Shown here one piece after another: positions 17,561 to 27,317 of a stretch of 64,000 nt of DNA; within the stretch, counting starts at the first letter, position 1; the number at the start of each line of letters is the position of its first letter. Position numbers and translations under genes: made by a program. The notes under the pieces were generated by a model that saw only the letters and a list, made by a program, of their open reading frames with translations, did no database searches and was not told where the DNA came from. Source of the stretch: Nitrospinaceae bacterium (GTDB lineage: Bacteria; Nitrospinota; Nitrospinia; Nitrospinales; Nitrospinaceae); the NCBI GenBank assembly GCA_965223665.1, contig OZ245011.1, positions 1,856,001 to 1,920,000 on the forward strand. Reading direction: 5' to 3'.

Positions 17561-19312
17561 GTGAGTAATTATTATTTATCTACAACCCAAAATGCCGTTA
17601 AAAACTTTTTTAAAAGATTCCCCCTTTACAATTGGAGAGGCGATTTTGCAGGGGGTATTTCGGCAGGCATCATAGCCATTCCTTTGGCTCTCGCCTTTGG
17701 AACACAATCGGGCTTAGGTCCAGTTGCTGGGCTTTATGGAGCCATTTCGTTAGGAATTTTCGCATCCGCTTTTGGAGGAACTCCAACCCAAATTAGCGGA
17801 CCCACGGGGCCTATGGTCGTTGTAGCCGCAATGGTGATCGGAAACTCCATTGAAAAATTTGGGGGATTAGAAGCGGCGTTACCCAATATTATTTTTACTT
17901 TTTTTCTTGCAGGTGTTTTTCAATTTTTGTTTGGGATCATCAAAATAGGAAAATATATCCGCTACATTCCCTACACTGTAGTCTCAGGGTTCATGACGGG
18001 AATTGGGATCATCATCATCCTACTCCAAGTTTTCCCCTTGATGGGAAAGGAATCTCCCAAAGATATAGTTAGTATTTGCACTCACATTTCCGAAGCATTT
18101 CAAAATTTTAAGCCAGAGGTAGCGGTATTGGGAATTGCCACTATTTCAATAATTTATTTGTTTCCTAAAATTACCAGATCCGTTCCCAACATTTTAGTCG
18201 CCCTGATTTCGGTTTCGGTTGTAGCAATATGGACTGACCTGGATGTACCTGTTGTAGGCCAAGTTCCCAACCAACTTCCCGAACTCAAATTGTCTCTGCT
18301 TGCAGATTTTTCTTTATTGGATTTAAAAGATGTTTATCTTCCGGCTCTAACTCTGGCTTTACTGGGTTCCATTGACTCTTTATTAACCTCAGTTATAGCA
18401 GACAATGTGACCAAAATACGACACGATAGCGACAAGGAACTAAAAGGTCAGGGCATTGGGAATATGTTGTCTGCTTTGATCGGTGGGATACCGGGAGCTG
18501 GTACCACAATGTCCACTTTGGTCAACACAAATTCCGGCGCAAGAACTCGACTTTCCGGTCTGGTTCATGGAATCTCATTAATAATTGTGTTGTTAATCGC
18601 GGGAGAATTTGTTGAGAAAATTCCCGTACCGGTTTTGGCGGGAATCCTTATTACCGTAGGAGTGGGAATTATAGATTATAAAGGATTAAAAAATTTAAAA
18701 AATTGGCCAAAAGCAGAAGCTATTGTCATGTTAATTGTTTTGTTTTTGACTGTATTCGTGGATCTCATTGAAGCAGTAGGCATTGGTCTATTTTGTTCCC
18801 TTTTCATATTTATGAAAAAAATGGGAGATATGGTTGAAAACCAGGCAGAAATTTTACCGCTTTCTGAAAAACTTAAATCGCTTGAAAAGCATCCACAGCT
18901 TTTGGCAAATGCCCAGGTTTGCCTTACAGATAATCTCAGAAAAGAAATTTTGGTTAAAAAATTTCAGGGGCCTTTATTTTTTGGAGTGGCAACTACTTTG
19001 CAAGATTTAGCCAAACAGGTAAAAAATATTCGAGTGGTCATCCTGAAAATGAACGAAGTACCTTATATCGATCAAACTGGATTATATGCATTGGAAGAAA
19101 TGGTTATGGAACTAAAAACCCGAAAAATTGCCGTTTTAATCTCGGGCCTCCGTGAACAACCTAACGATATGTTAAGGAAAATTGATTTGATTCCCAGTTT
19201 GGTAAAAGAAAAATTTACTTTTGGAAACTTTTCGGAATGCATTACTTTTTTAACAAAACAAAAACATTTGGAATTTTTAAACGAAGAAAACGAAGAAATG
19301 GAGTTTGCTTGA
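17561..19312 (+). CDS. SulP/SLC26 anion transporter with STAS domain (BicA-like)
   Basis: GDFAGG..PLALAFG, GGTPTQISGPTGPM, ELKGQGIGN, GPLFFG, YIDQTG. Confidence 0.92.
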   Translation: MSNYYLSTTQNAVKNFFKRFPLYNWRGDFAGGISAGIIAIPLALAFGTQSGLGPVAGLYGAISLGIFASAFGGTPTQISGPTGPMVVVAAMVIGNSIEKFGGLEAALPNIIFTFFLAGVFQFLFGIIKIGKYIRYIPYTVVSGFMTGIGIIIILLQVFPLMGKESPKDIVSICTHISEAFQNFKPEVAVLGIATISIIYLFPKITRSVPNILVALISVSVVAIWTDLDVPVVGQVPNQLPELKLSLLADFSLLDLKDVYLPALTLALLGSIDSLLTSVIADNVTKIRHDSDKELKGQGIGNMLSALIGGIPGAGTTMSTLVNTNSGARTRLSGLVHGISLIIVLLIAGEFVEKIPVPVLAGILITVGVGIIDYKGLKNLKNWPKAEAIVMLIVLFLTVFVDLIEAVGIGLFCSLFIFMKKMGDMVENQAEILPLSEKLKSLEKHPQLLANAQVCLTDNLRKEILVKKFQGPLFFGVATTLQDLAKQVKNIRVVILKMNEVPYIDQTGLYALEEMVMELKTRKIAVLISGLREQPNDMLRKIDLIPSLVKEKFTFGNFSECITFLTKQKHLEFLNEENEEMEFA

Positions 19313-19377
19313 CCTCAGAACCACTAGAATAAACCAAGCTAAAATAAACTCCATTCTTTAACCAACTTTAAAAAACA

Positions 19378-20016
19378 ATGAAACAAAAGACAATTCAATT
19401 AATCATTGCAGAAGGTCACCCCATTTATTTAATTGGATTGATAAATATTTTTAACGAAGTGGCGGATATTCATATCCAGGCAAAAGTTAACAATGAAAAA
19501 GATTTATTCAAGAAACTTAGCGAAAGAAATTTTGATTTAGTTTTACTTGATTCTAATTTGCCGGGCAATTCTTGTTTAGATATTTTAAAAAAATTAAAAA
19601 CTAAATATCCTCGGTTACCCATTTTTGTTTTAAGTAACTCTCCAGAAGAACGTTTTGGGCGAAATATAATGAATGCCAATGCATCAGGTTTTTTGACCAA
19701 AGAAGCGCCAGGTAAACATATTTTAGAAGGCGTTAGAAAAATTGCCGATGGAGGAGTTTTTGTTAGTCCCAGCATACTCGAAAGATTTGCTTTTGATTTT
19801 TCACCTATTAATCAGGTTTTACACGGAACTCTCTCCCGGCGAGAATATCAGGTGTTTTGCTTGATTGCGCGGGGATGTGCTCTGGTGGAAATAGGTGAAA
19901 TATTAAACTTGAGTGTCAAAACCATCAGCACATATCGCACACGAATATTAGAAAAAATGCAAATGAAAAAAAACGCAGAACTCATACATTATGCATTGGA
20001 CCAGAATTTAATTTAA
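19378..20016 (+). CDS. NarL-family response regulator with atypical acidic pocket
   Basis: REC (AEGH instead of DDH; LLDS, LTK) plus LuxR HTH (LSRRE, LSVKTISTYR). Confidence 0.9.
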   Translation: MKQKTIQLIIAEGHPIYLIGLINIFNEVADIHIQAKVNNEKDLFKKLSERNFDLVLLDSNLPGNSCLDILKKLKTKYPRLPIFVLSNSPEERFGRNIMNANASGFLTKEAPGKHILEGVRKIADGGVFVSPSILERFAFDFSPINQVLHGTLSRREYQVFCLIARGCALVEIGEILNLSVKTISTYRTRILEKMQMKKNAELIHYALDQNLI

Positions 20017-20095
20017 TCGAATTTATGTATTGCTATTCTTATGTAAAGCTAATCTCAATTCTCCCCCCTAAAAATATTTTAACCAAAAAAACGAT

Positions 20096-20133
20096 TCAGA
20101 AATTTTCCGACATGGTCTTAAGTGGATTTCCTA
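20096..20133. promoter_or_regulatory. tandem candidate NarL/LuxR-type operators
   Basis: TCAG-N7-CCGA (20096) and TAAG-N7-CCTA (20119). Confidence 0.4.
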
Positions 20134-20220
20134 TGCAAGCATTTCAGGAGTCGATTTCCAATTTTATGAGAAAAGGGTCACCCCATCGAATTAAAGAGTT
20201 ATTGTTGAGGAGTAGTTTTT

Positions 20221-20673
20221 ATGGATGAAAAGTCTTTAACCGCTTCCATAGATTTCAACCCCATTATAATTTCCACGAGAATTTGGACGAATATTCTCCA
20301 AATAGAAGGGAAATTGATTCCAAATGTCAGAGAAAAAGAAACAACAATTTATTTATTTCAAACAAGAAATGATCCGCTGGAAGTTGAGGTTCCTGTTCAC
20401 CAATGGGTCCATTTTAGAAATAATTCAATGAATTCCATTTTGAACTTGTCAATACTTTATAAAAAGACCCGAGAAGAAGTATTAACTTTGAAAGAACTCC
20501 CAGCCCAAAAAACAATAGGCCTTGAGTTTAGGAAAGAAGGATTTTTTGAAGTTATTTATTTATTTGCCAACTCTCAAAAGTTTTTGAGACAGTTTATTAA
20601 AGTTATACCTGGTGACCAGGAATCTAAACGACCCTCTCCTAATTTTCACCCTAAATTAAAACCTTTTTGGTAG
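20221..20673 (+). CDS. hypothetical protein, paralog of 4479..5003
   Basis: GAGGAG RBS; alignment to 4479 ORF. Confidence 0.75.
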   Translation: MDEKSLTASIDFNPIIISTRIWTNILQIEGKLIPNVREKETTIYLFQTRNDPLEVEVPVHQWVHFRNNSMNSILNLSILYKKTREEVLTLKELPAQKTIGLEFRKEGFFEVIYLFANSQKFLRQFIKVIPGDQESKRPSPNFHPKLKPFW

Positions 20674-20759
20674 TGCTGTGGTTACTAATTTCTTAAGGAA
20701 AGAAAATAGGAGGTCAGCAGACAACAAAAAGTAAATTCCCACTATATTGAGGCTTATCA

Positions 20760-21521
20760 TTAAAAAAACAGGTCCAGTGTATTCAGGAAGTTTGCCCTTA
20801 ATTGGTGTAATCGTTCTTTTTTAATTTCCAATGTGTCGCGATTGAACCAGGGGTCGGATAAATAGAGTTTGCGGTTCATTTCTATTTGTATCCAGGGCAG
20901 GGGTCGGTACCCGTAAACCCGGGTGATGAAACCACCCGCAAACGGTTTGTTGATGGTAATATCGCTTTCGTTTAATTTAAAAGCGGTTTGAAAGCAGGTT
21001 GCCAGGTGACGGACCGTTTCTTCCGGACAACTTTGATGGTTGTTGCTTCCCAAACAGATTAAAGGGCGCTCGGAGCCTGAGTCCGGTGCAATTTCAGGGC
21101 CTACGGGTTCCATGGTATGACAATCCAGACAAAGCTGGATTCTTTCCGAACTCACAGAAAGATTCATAATATTGTCATGATAGGGTTGGTAGTAATTCTT
21201 TATCAGCGTTTCCGTCAACGCTCCATCCGGGTGTGAATCTTCATGGTAAATCGGTTTTCCATGACAGGTCATGGATTTCACAATACCGTCTGGATTTTTG
21301 GGGGGACGGTCATCGACATCTCGATTTAAATCAACAAACGCCCGGGCAATCGATGTATCCAAAAACGCATCAACGTGATCTTCGATCCCGTAAATTTCTC
21401 TCGTAAAGGCATCTCCATCTTCAAACAAATCAAGTGGAGTGATGCAGGTTCTCCCCTCAAGTTCTTTGGGAGTTTCGCTGCCTCCGTGTGGAATGGAGAT
21501 AAGAACGGGATGTTTAGACAT
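20760..21521 (-). CDS. N-formylglutamate amidohydrolase family protein
   Basis: ISIPHGG, D, RAFVDLNR, YYQPYH, DCHTM, PFAGG, IQIEMNR. Confidence 0.9.
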   Translation of the reverse strand: MSKHPVLISIPHGGSETPKELEGRTCITPLDLFEDGDAFTREIYGIEDHVDAFLDTSIARAFVDLNRDVDDRPPKNPDGIVKSMTCHGKPIYHEDSHPDGALTETLIKNYYQPYHDNIMNLSVSSERIQLCLDCHTMEPVGPEIAPDSGSERPLICLGSNNHQSCPEETVRHLATCFQTAFKLNESDITINKPFAGGFITRVYGYRPLPWIQIEMNRKLYLSDPWFNRDTLEIKKERLHQLRANFLNTLDLFF

Positions 21522-21524
21522 AAA

Positions 21525-23156
21525 TTAGTATCCCGCGGCGGTGCCGTCTCTCCGGATTTCGGCCACACCCTGGAACTCATTTTTGGTTTGGCATTTCAGA
21601 ACGGCATGGATCGCGCCCAGATAAAATGAATACGGTTCCCTTCGATCCAGTTTATAACCGACCTGTTCCAGATAGCTGAGAATATCCGGGTCGACTCTCT
21701 CCGCTTCAATGCTCAGTTTACCCCCGACAGTACAATGAAACCGTGGTTCCAACATGGCTTCGCCTATGGAAAGACCCGAGTCCACGATATGGGAAATAAA
21801 CTGACTCATCGCAGAAAAGATGCGCTCACTGCCGGGACTTCCCGCCACCAACCAGGGTCTATCTTTATACAACGCTATGACCGGGGCGACCGAACTCCAG
21901 GGAATGGCGTTCGGCCTCAAATAATAAGGATGTGAAGGATCTTGTGTGTCCAGTGAACTCATGTAATTATTGTATATAAATCCTAACCCACGTGCGGCCA
22001 CTTTCGAACCGTATACCAACTCAATTGACTGTGTGATACCGATAGCGTTGCCCTCCTTATCCATAACGGAAAGATGAGTTGTGTCATTTCCCAGGGTAAA
22101 CAGTTCGGTTAAAGGCAGAGAGGGATCGATGCCGTCCCGAATCGTAGAAGAAAGATACCGCGCAAACGTTTGACTCAGTATTTTTTTATCATCCGGCAAC
22201 TGTGAATAAATATTCGGATCGAAAGGACGTTCCTTATGATTCAACAGACCTTTTCTGAAAATTTCCGCCATGAAATGGTACGTCTGCGCATTCCTGCGCT
22301 TCAGTATTTTGGACGGAAGGTTCTTTAAAATTTGCAACACTAAAAGCAAGGTTCGTCCTGCACCAGGCGGTGGGCTGGTAAAAACCTTCAGTTTTCGATA
22401 ACTTCTGCTGATGGGTTTTCTTTCAACCGGCCAGGGAATTAAAGCTAAATCTTCAGCCCGCAAAAACCCTTCATGAAACCGCATGTCTTCATCGATTTGT
22501 TTGGCAATGTCTCCCGTGTAAAACGATTTCACTCCATGGCGAGACAAATGCTCCAGTAGCTGTGCATAATCTTCCTGCACAAACCGGTCCCCCACCGAAT
22601 AGGGAGTGGCGCCATCCTTTAAAAAATATTTCGCTCCGGAAAGCGAGTCCACACTTAGAAATTTTGCGACTTCTCTTTTTTGAAGATCATGCTGAAGTTG
22701 GGTGATGGCGTAACCTTCACGAGCAATACGCAAGGCCGGTTCCAAAATGGTCGACCATTCCAGTTTACCGTAGTGGAAATTCAAATACCCGAGCAAGGCC
22801 GGAGTGCTGGGAACCGTAGTGGCTTTGTAACCTTGAAACCGATGTGTCTTTTTATCGATCCGATCGATATGCGCCAGCGATGGAACGCGACTGGAACCGT
22901 CTAAAGCAATGGTCTTTCCCCGAAAATGAAGGATGGCCATGCTTTGGCCGCCAATTCCGCTTGCCTGCGGTTCACACACTCCCAGCGCAAACGCCGCCGC
23001 GCAGGCCGCGTCAACCGCATTGCCACCCCGTCGCAGCATCTCGACGCCGGCTTCCGTCGCCTCAGGAAATGCTGTTGATACCATACCATTTTCGGCAGCG
23101 GCGCACTTCTTGTCTTCTGTCGGGGAAAACCTGTTTTCAATCTTCTCTAGTTTCAT
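21525..23156 (-). CDS. ggt: gamma-glutamyltransferase family protein (cytoplasmic)
   Basis: GGNAVDAA, SGIGG, TTHLSV nucleophile, GSPGS; no signal peptide. Confidence 0.9.
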   Translation of the reverse strand: MKLEKIENRFSPTEDKKCAAAENGMVSTAFPEATEAGVEMLRRGGNAVDAACAAAFALGVCEPQASGIGGQSMAILHFRGKTIALDGSSRVPSLAHIDRIDKKTHRFQGYKATTVPSTPALLGYLNFHYGKLEWSTILEPALRIAREGYAITQLQHDLQKREVAKFLSVDSLSGAKYFLKDGATPYSVGDRFVQEDYAQLLEHLSRHGVKSFYTGDIAKQIDEDMRFHEGFLRAEDLALIPWPVERKPISRSYRKLKVFTSPPPGAGRTLLLVLQILKNLPSKILKRRNAQTYHFMAEIFRKGLLNHKERPFDPNIYSQLPDDKKILSQTFARYLSSTIRDGIDPSLPLTELFTLGNDTTHLSVMDKEGNAIGITQSIELVYGSKVAARGLGFIYNNYMSSLDTQDPSHPYYLRPNAIPWSSVAPVIALYKDRPWLVAGSPGSERIFSAMSQFISHIVDSGLSIGEAMLEPRFHCTVGGKLSIEAERVDPDILSYLEQVGYKLDRREPYSFYLGAIHAVLKCQTKNEFQGVAEIRRDGTAAGY

Positions 23157-25360
23157 ATATTGAAATTCTTGGAAGATTGATAAATGGTATAAGCGAGAAG
23201 AACCCCGCGGTCGATTAAACTGTCACGCACCACATGCTCATTGTTGGAGCCATAACCTCCAGTGACCGGACCAAATCCATCCAAAGCCGGAATACTATCA
23301 GTCACATTTGCCGTGCAGGAGACGATGCTGTTGTCTGCTTTTTTAACGCGGACTTCCAAAATCTTAGCCATCTTTTCGACTTTTTCAAAAAACTGAAGGG
23401 ATTTTTCCGTTTCCATAAACGGTTTTCTTTGCGCTCCCTTTGTCACATGCACTTTTATACTGTCTTGTGGTTTAGTCGCAAAAATCTGATTGATCTGATC
23501 CTCCAGTTTTTTCCTTTGGTTGGAACTTCGGTAACTCACCATAAAAGACAACGCTGCATGATAAGTTGGCTGGTCTTCCATGCCTTTGGTTTGCAAACCG
23601 GTGATGGAAATATAAATTCCATCCGACTCTGAATTTAGTTTCCTTAAGGAGTTTATTTTCTGGGAAGCATACAGAACCGGATCACTGGCTTCCGCGGATG
23701 CCTTGAGACCTTGCTTGTTTTGTGCACGGTTGATTTCAATTTCATATCTTAAGGTTCCAAAGCAGGAGGTCATAATCTCCCCACTCAACCCGGCGCCTCT
23801 TAGTCCCACCACAAAATTTGATTTTTTTGAAACCTCTTCGATGACCGGTTTGGAGGATCGTTGCCCCAACGATTCATCGGTGATCAACAGAACACCCAAC
23901 TTCACCCTTTTTAAACTTCGAGTGTAACGCAAGGCTTTTATGGCACCCAATAAAACAGCGATGCCGCCTTTTCCCCGCGCCACTCCGGTTCCATACAGGC
24001 GGCCCTTCTCTTCATAGAAAGCGTGGTAGTCTTCAAAATCCACCGGGTTGTCCAGATTTCCTATGATAAGAATATCGTTATGGTCTTCCATATGATTCGT
24101 GAGATATAAAATATTTCCAAACTCCGCTCGCGAGTACACATGCCGATGAAACCCGAGAGCACTCAATTTATTTGCAATCCACCGACCGAGAGAATTGATA
24201 CCTTCAATATTTTGAACATAGGAATTGATATCGACCATTTTTTCAAGGTCGTCTTCCATCGTTTTCAGATTGCCGCGGAGATAACTTCTTAATCGTATTC
24301 GCAGCGGATCTTTTTTGGTTTTGGATTCAGGCTCTTGAACCGCAACTTGATCCAATTGTTGTCCGCCAAAATAACGTTCTACCGCAACATCCAACATTCG
24401 ATTCACCATAGTGTCGTAAGTGTAGCCGGCGACTTCCGCCGCATGAACGTAAGACCCCGTCCGACCAAGACTCGCCATGGAATTCAATTCCAGGATATAT
24501 AATTTGCCTTCACTGTCCATTCGGTAATCGACGCGGCAAAAATCATAGATGCCCAAAACCCGGAAGGTTTCTTTCGTCAGGCGTTGCAGCTCTTCTTTAG
24601 TTTTGTCATCCACTTTAGCAGGACAGATTTTTTCTTTAGGTTTTTTAAGTTTATCCTCGAGGCTTTGAATCGCATCCGGGTCGCCCTGCAGATCAATTTC
24701 AAGAATAGGAAGAATTTCAGGGTTTGTGTTGCCCAACAGTCCGACCGCAAACTCTCTTCCCGGAATAAACTGTTCGACCAAAATAGGTTGTTTAAACTGT
24801 TCCACCAGATCGGCAATGGCGGTTTTTAAAGACGGCAGATCATGGATGACCTGAATCCCCATAGAAACCGCTTCCATTTTCGGTTTTGTAATCACCGGGA
24901 ACGGCATATCCTCAGGAATCTGATCCGCATTATAAAATACCCAGTACGGTGCGGTGGGCAGTCCCGCCGCTTCGATCATCACTTTCGTGGTCACTTTATC
25001 GAGCGCCACTCCATGCCCGGCAGGGCTCGACCCCACATAAGGCACTCCCAGCATTTCAAGTAAGGAAGGAATGTGAGTATAGCGGCTCACTCCCTGGAGG
25101 CCGTAAGCCATGTTGAAAACCATTCCGGGTTGTTCGCCCTGCACCACCCGCGGCATAAAATTCTGCAACTGTTCAATGACATTAATATTACCGTCAATGA
25201 CTCGAACGTTGTGGCCTCCTTTTTCCAAAGCGGAAGCGACTATTTCGACCGTTTTTGGGTTATACGTTTCCTGGTTTTGCATTCCGAAAACGTTGAGCAC
25301 TCCCTGAACGTCTTTGGATTTATTGTAAATGACAGCAACTTTCATAATGAATTCCCCCAA
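23153..25360 (-). CDS. D-Ala-D-Ala-ligase-like ATP-grasp fused to degenerate M20 peptidase domain
   Basis: FNMAYG, PYVGS, KP..EAVSMG, VEQFIPGRE, RVDYR, ELNS; C-terminal M20-like fold with GNLD, GVARGKGG, TDES. Confidence 0.85.
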   Translation of the reverse strand: MGEFIMKVAVIYNKSKDVQGVLNVFGMQNQETYNPKTVEIVASALEKGGHNVRVIDGNINVIEQLQNFMPRVVQGEQPGMVFNMAYGLQGVSRYTHIPSLLEMLGVPYVGSSPAGHGVALDKVTTKVMIEAAGLPTAPYWVFYNADQIPEDMPFPVITKPKMEAVSMGIQVIHDLPSLKTAIADLVEQFKQPILVEQFIPGREFAVGLLGNTNPEILPILEIDLQGDPDAIQSLEDKLKKPKEKICPAKVDDKTKEELQRLTKETFRVLGIYDFCRVDYRMDSEGKLYILELNSMASLGRTGSYVHAAEVAGYTYDTMVNRMLDVAVERYFGGQQLDQVAVQEPESKTKKDPLRIRLRSYLRGNLKTMEDDLEKMVDINSYVQNIEGINSLGRWIANKLSALGFHRHVYSRAEFGNILYLTNHMEDHNDILIIGNLDNPVDFEDYHAFYEEKGRLYGTGVARGKGGIAVLLGAIKALRYTRSLKRVKLGVLLITDESLGQRSSKPVIEEVSKKSNFVVGLRGAGLSGEIMTSCFGTLRYEIEINRAQNKQGLKASAEASDPVLYASQKINSLRKLNSESDGIYISITGLQTKGMEDQPTYHAALSFMVSYRSSNQRKKLEDQINQIFATKPQDSIKVHVTKGAQRKPFMETEKSLQFFEKVEKMAKILEVRVKKADNSIVSCTANVTDSIPALDGFGPVTGGYGSNNEHVVRDSLIDRGVLLAYTIYQSSKNFNI

Positions 25361-25363
25361 TGA

Positions 25364-26089
25364 TTAAGCCCACTCGAGTGCCTCCAGAGATTTTTTTAAT
25401 TCTGATATATGTTTATATTTTTTAAGAATCAGACTTTTCTTCAGGCCGCAGCAAATATCTTTTACGATTTTGGGTTGTTGAGCATAGTTTTTTTTGCCAC
25501 CTAAAACTTCATAAAAAATATGGATCAACCCGATCAGATCTTCTTTAAAAAATATGGGCTTTGCTGACCCATAGTGGAACAGGTCCAAAAGTTTGAGTTC
25601 CACCGTCAGGCCAAATTTATTAACAATGATATTATCGGTATGCAAATCTCCGTGGTATTCCTTTTTTAAGTGGATTTCTTCAATGCCCTGGGTGAGAGCG
25701 TACAGCAAATGAAGCGCTTTATAAGGTTCCAGCTTGTTTCCCCTAAAGTTTTTCAGAAATTCCGATAAAAGGATACCTTCAACATACTCTGATATTAAAA
25801 CAGAAATTGGGGTTTTTTTAAAAATAATTTCTTCCTGATTCAGATATTGGATGAGTAAAGAACAATTGCGCAGGTGGTAGAGTTTTTTAGCATAGATTTT
25901 GGAGGCTCGCTCCCGGATGTTTCTTTGTGGAAAAAATAACTTGGCAGCTCTTTCTAAACCTGTTTTGGTCTCCCTTACTTTATAGACCTCACCTTCCCAA
26001 CCGGCACCCAGTTTTGAAATCACTTTATATTTCCCGGCAATGGACCTTCCCGGTTGGAGGTTGAATTCATGAATTTGGGGAAATTTCAT
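25364..26089 (-). CDS. Ser/Thr protein kinase-like protein
   Basis: LGAGWEGEVY, AAK, HGDLHTDN, LLDL. Confidence 0.85.
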   Translation of the reverse strand: MKFPQIHEFNLQPGRSIAGKYKVISKLGAGWEGEVYKVRETKTGLERAAKLFFPQRNIRERASKIYAKKLYHLRNCSLLIQYLNQEEIIFKKTPISVLISEYVEGILLSEFLKNFRGNKLEPYKALHLLYALTQGIEEIHLKKEYHGDLHTDNIIVNKFGLTVELKLLDLFHYGSAKPIFFKEDLIGLIHIFYEVLGGKKNYAQQPKIVKDICCGLKKSLILKKYKHISELKKSLEALEWA

Positions 26090-26817
26090 TCAAATATCCA
26101 CAAGGCAAATCGAGGTAAAAAGTTGTTTCATTTTAACGAAAAATTTTAAAATAGAACCAAAAAAACAACACCCTCGTCGAAAAAATTATCAAAAAGAGGA
26201 ACCGTTGAGATCTGTAGAAATAAATTAGAAAATGAGAGATTCTGCTTTTCCGAACTTTTCTATAAGGCAGTTTTGGATTTCATTCATTAAAGAAATTTAA
26301 TAAAATCACCCGTTTTACTCAAAATTTTTTTACTTTCGATTATGAATTTTATTGCTTTTCTTTTTAGAAATGTAGGATACTTATTGTCCTTCATCCAATT
26401 CTTTATTAGGAGTTTCCAAAAGTGAATTTGGGAAAGTGTGAATATATAATGAATATCCCTAAACAACTTGGGTTATTCTTCAAACCGGTAATATTCCAGA
26501 CAAACTTTTCCATAGTCGACAAATTGGAACAGACCTACTTTTCCAAAGGGTTCATGTAAAACCCTCTTACCTTCTTTTTTTCTACTTAAAAATTTTTTTG
26601 TTTATCTCAGGTTCATCAATCGTTCACCCGCAAAGAACCCAATAGTTTGTAAACTTTCTTTGGCCTAAGATCCATTTTTCTTTCGGTTAATTCCGATTGT
26701 TTTTCCACAGCCTAATTAAAGAGTAACTTTTTAAGGAGAATGGCACTGCCTAAACGGGGCCGGGCAGACACAACAAAGTGGTTAACTATTTCATTAATTT
26801 TTTTGGAGATCAAACTA

Positions 26818-27006
26818 ATGCCTAAATTTAAATTATTCGCAATTCTTTTCACATTAATGGCTTTTCTTCTTTCAGCTAACCTCGGATTTTCATCCCCACA
26901 AACTCTAGTTGTGGACAATGAAGCTCCGGTAAAATCACTCATCGTTAAAAGTGACGACAAAGACGATGATGATAAAGATGATGATGACCACGAAGAAAAC
27001 AAGTAA
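26818..27006 (+). CDS. small secreted protein with poly-acidic tail
   Basis: GGAG RBS, signal peptide, tail SDDKDDDDKDDDDHEENK. Confidence 0.7.
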   Translation: MPKFKLFAILFTLMAFLLSANLGFSSPQTLVVDNEAPVKSLIVKSDDKDDDDKDDDDHEENK

Positions 27007-27115
27007 ACAACCCGGTTTTATTCAGGTTTTTACTTAAGGAAAAAACTGTTTTCCAGGGAGCAGGATGCTCCCCGGAGAGCACTGAACCAATCTTCTCTCA
27101 AGGAGTTCCGATTCA

Positions 27116-27292
27116 ATGAATACCCATGACCAAATAGTGGTTGCTTACAATACTTATGTGGAAGAAAACGATAGCTTCGAACAAAAGAACACCAAAGCCG
27201 CCGCAGCCCGAGCCCGAAAAGCCCTGGCTGAATTAGGAAAACTGGCTAAAACCCGACGCGCCGAAATTCAAGAAAAGAAAAATAATCTTTAA
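27116..27292 (+). CDS. histone H1-like Hc1-family small protein (58 aa; not in ORF track)
   Basis: AAGGAG RBS; MNTHDQIVVAYNTYVEENDSFEQKNTKAAAARARKALAELGKLAKTRRAEIQEKKNNL resembles the Hc1 KAA.xRARKA motif. Confidence 0.8.
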   Translation: MNTHDQIVVAYNTYVEENDSFEQKNTKAAAARARKALAELGKLAKTRRAEIQEKKNNL

Positions 27293-27317
27293 TTCCTTGT
27301 CCGTTCTTTTTAATCAT

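Noticed and set aside
20025-20228. 67-aa ORF between regulator and hypothetical gene
   Set aside because: No RBS, and it overlaps the putative operator/promoter region; likely spurious.
26422-26559. 45-codon ORF after AGGAG
   Set aside because: No motif or paralog support; cannot be distinguished from chance.
26955-26990. FLAG/enterokinase-like DKDDDDK suggesting a synthetic construct
   Set aside because: Lacks DYK, lies in a natural low-complexity acidic tail, and there is no vector sequence around it.
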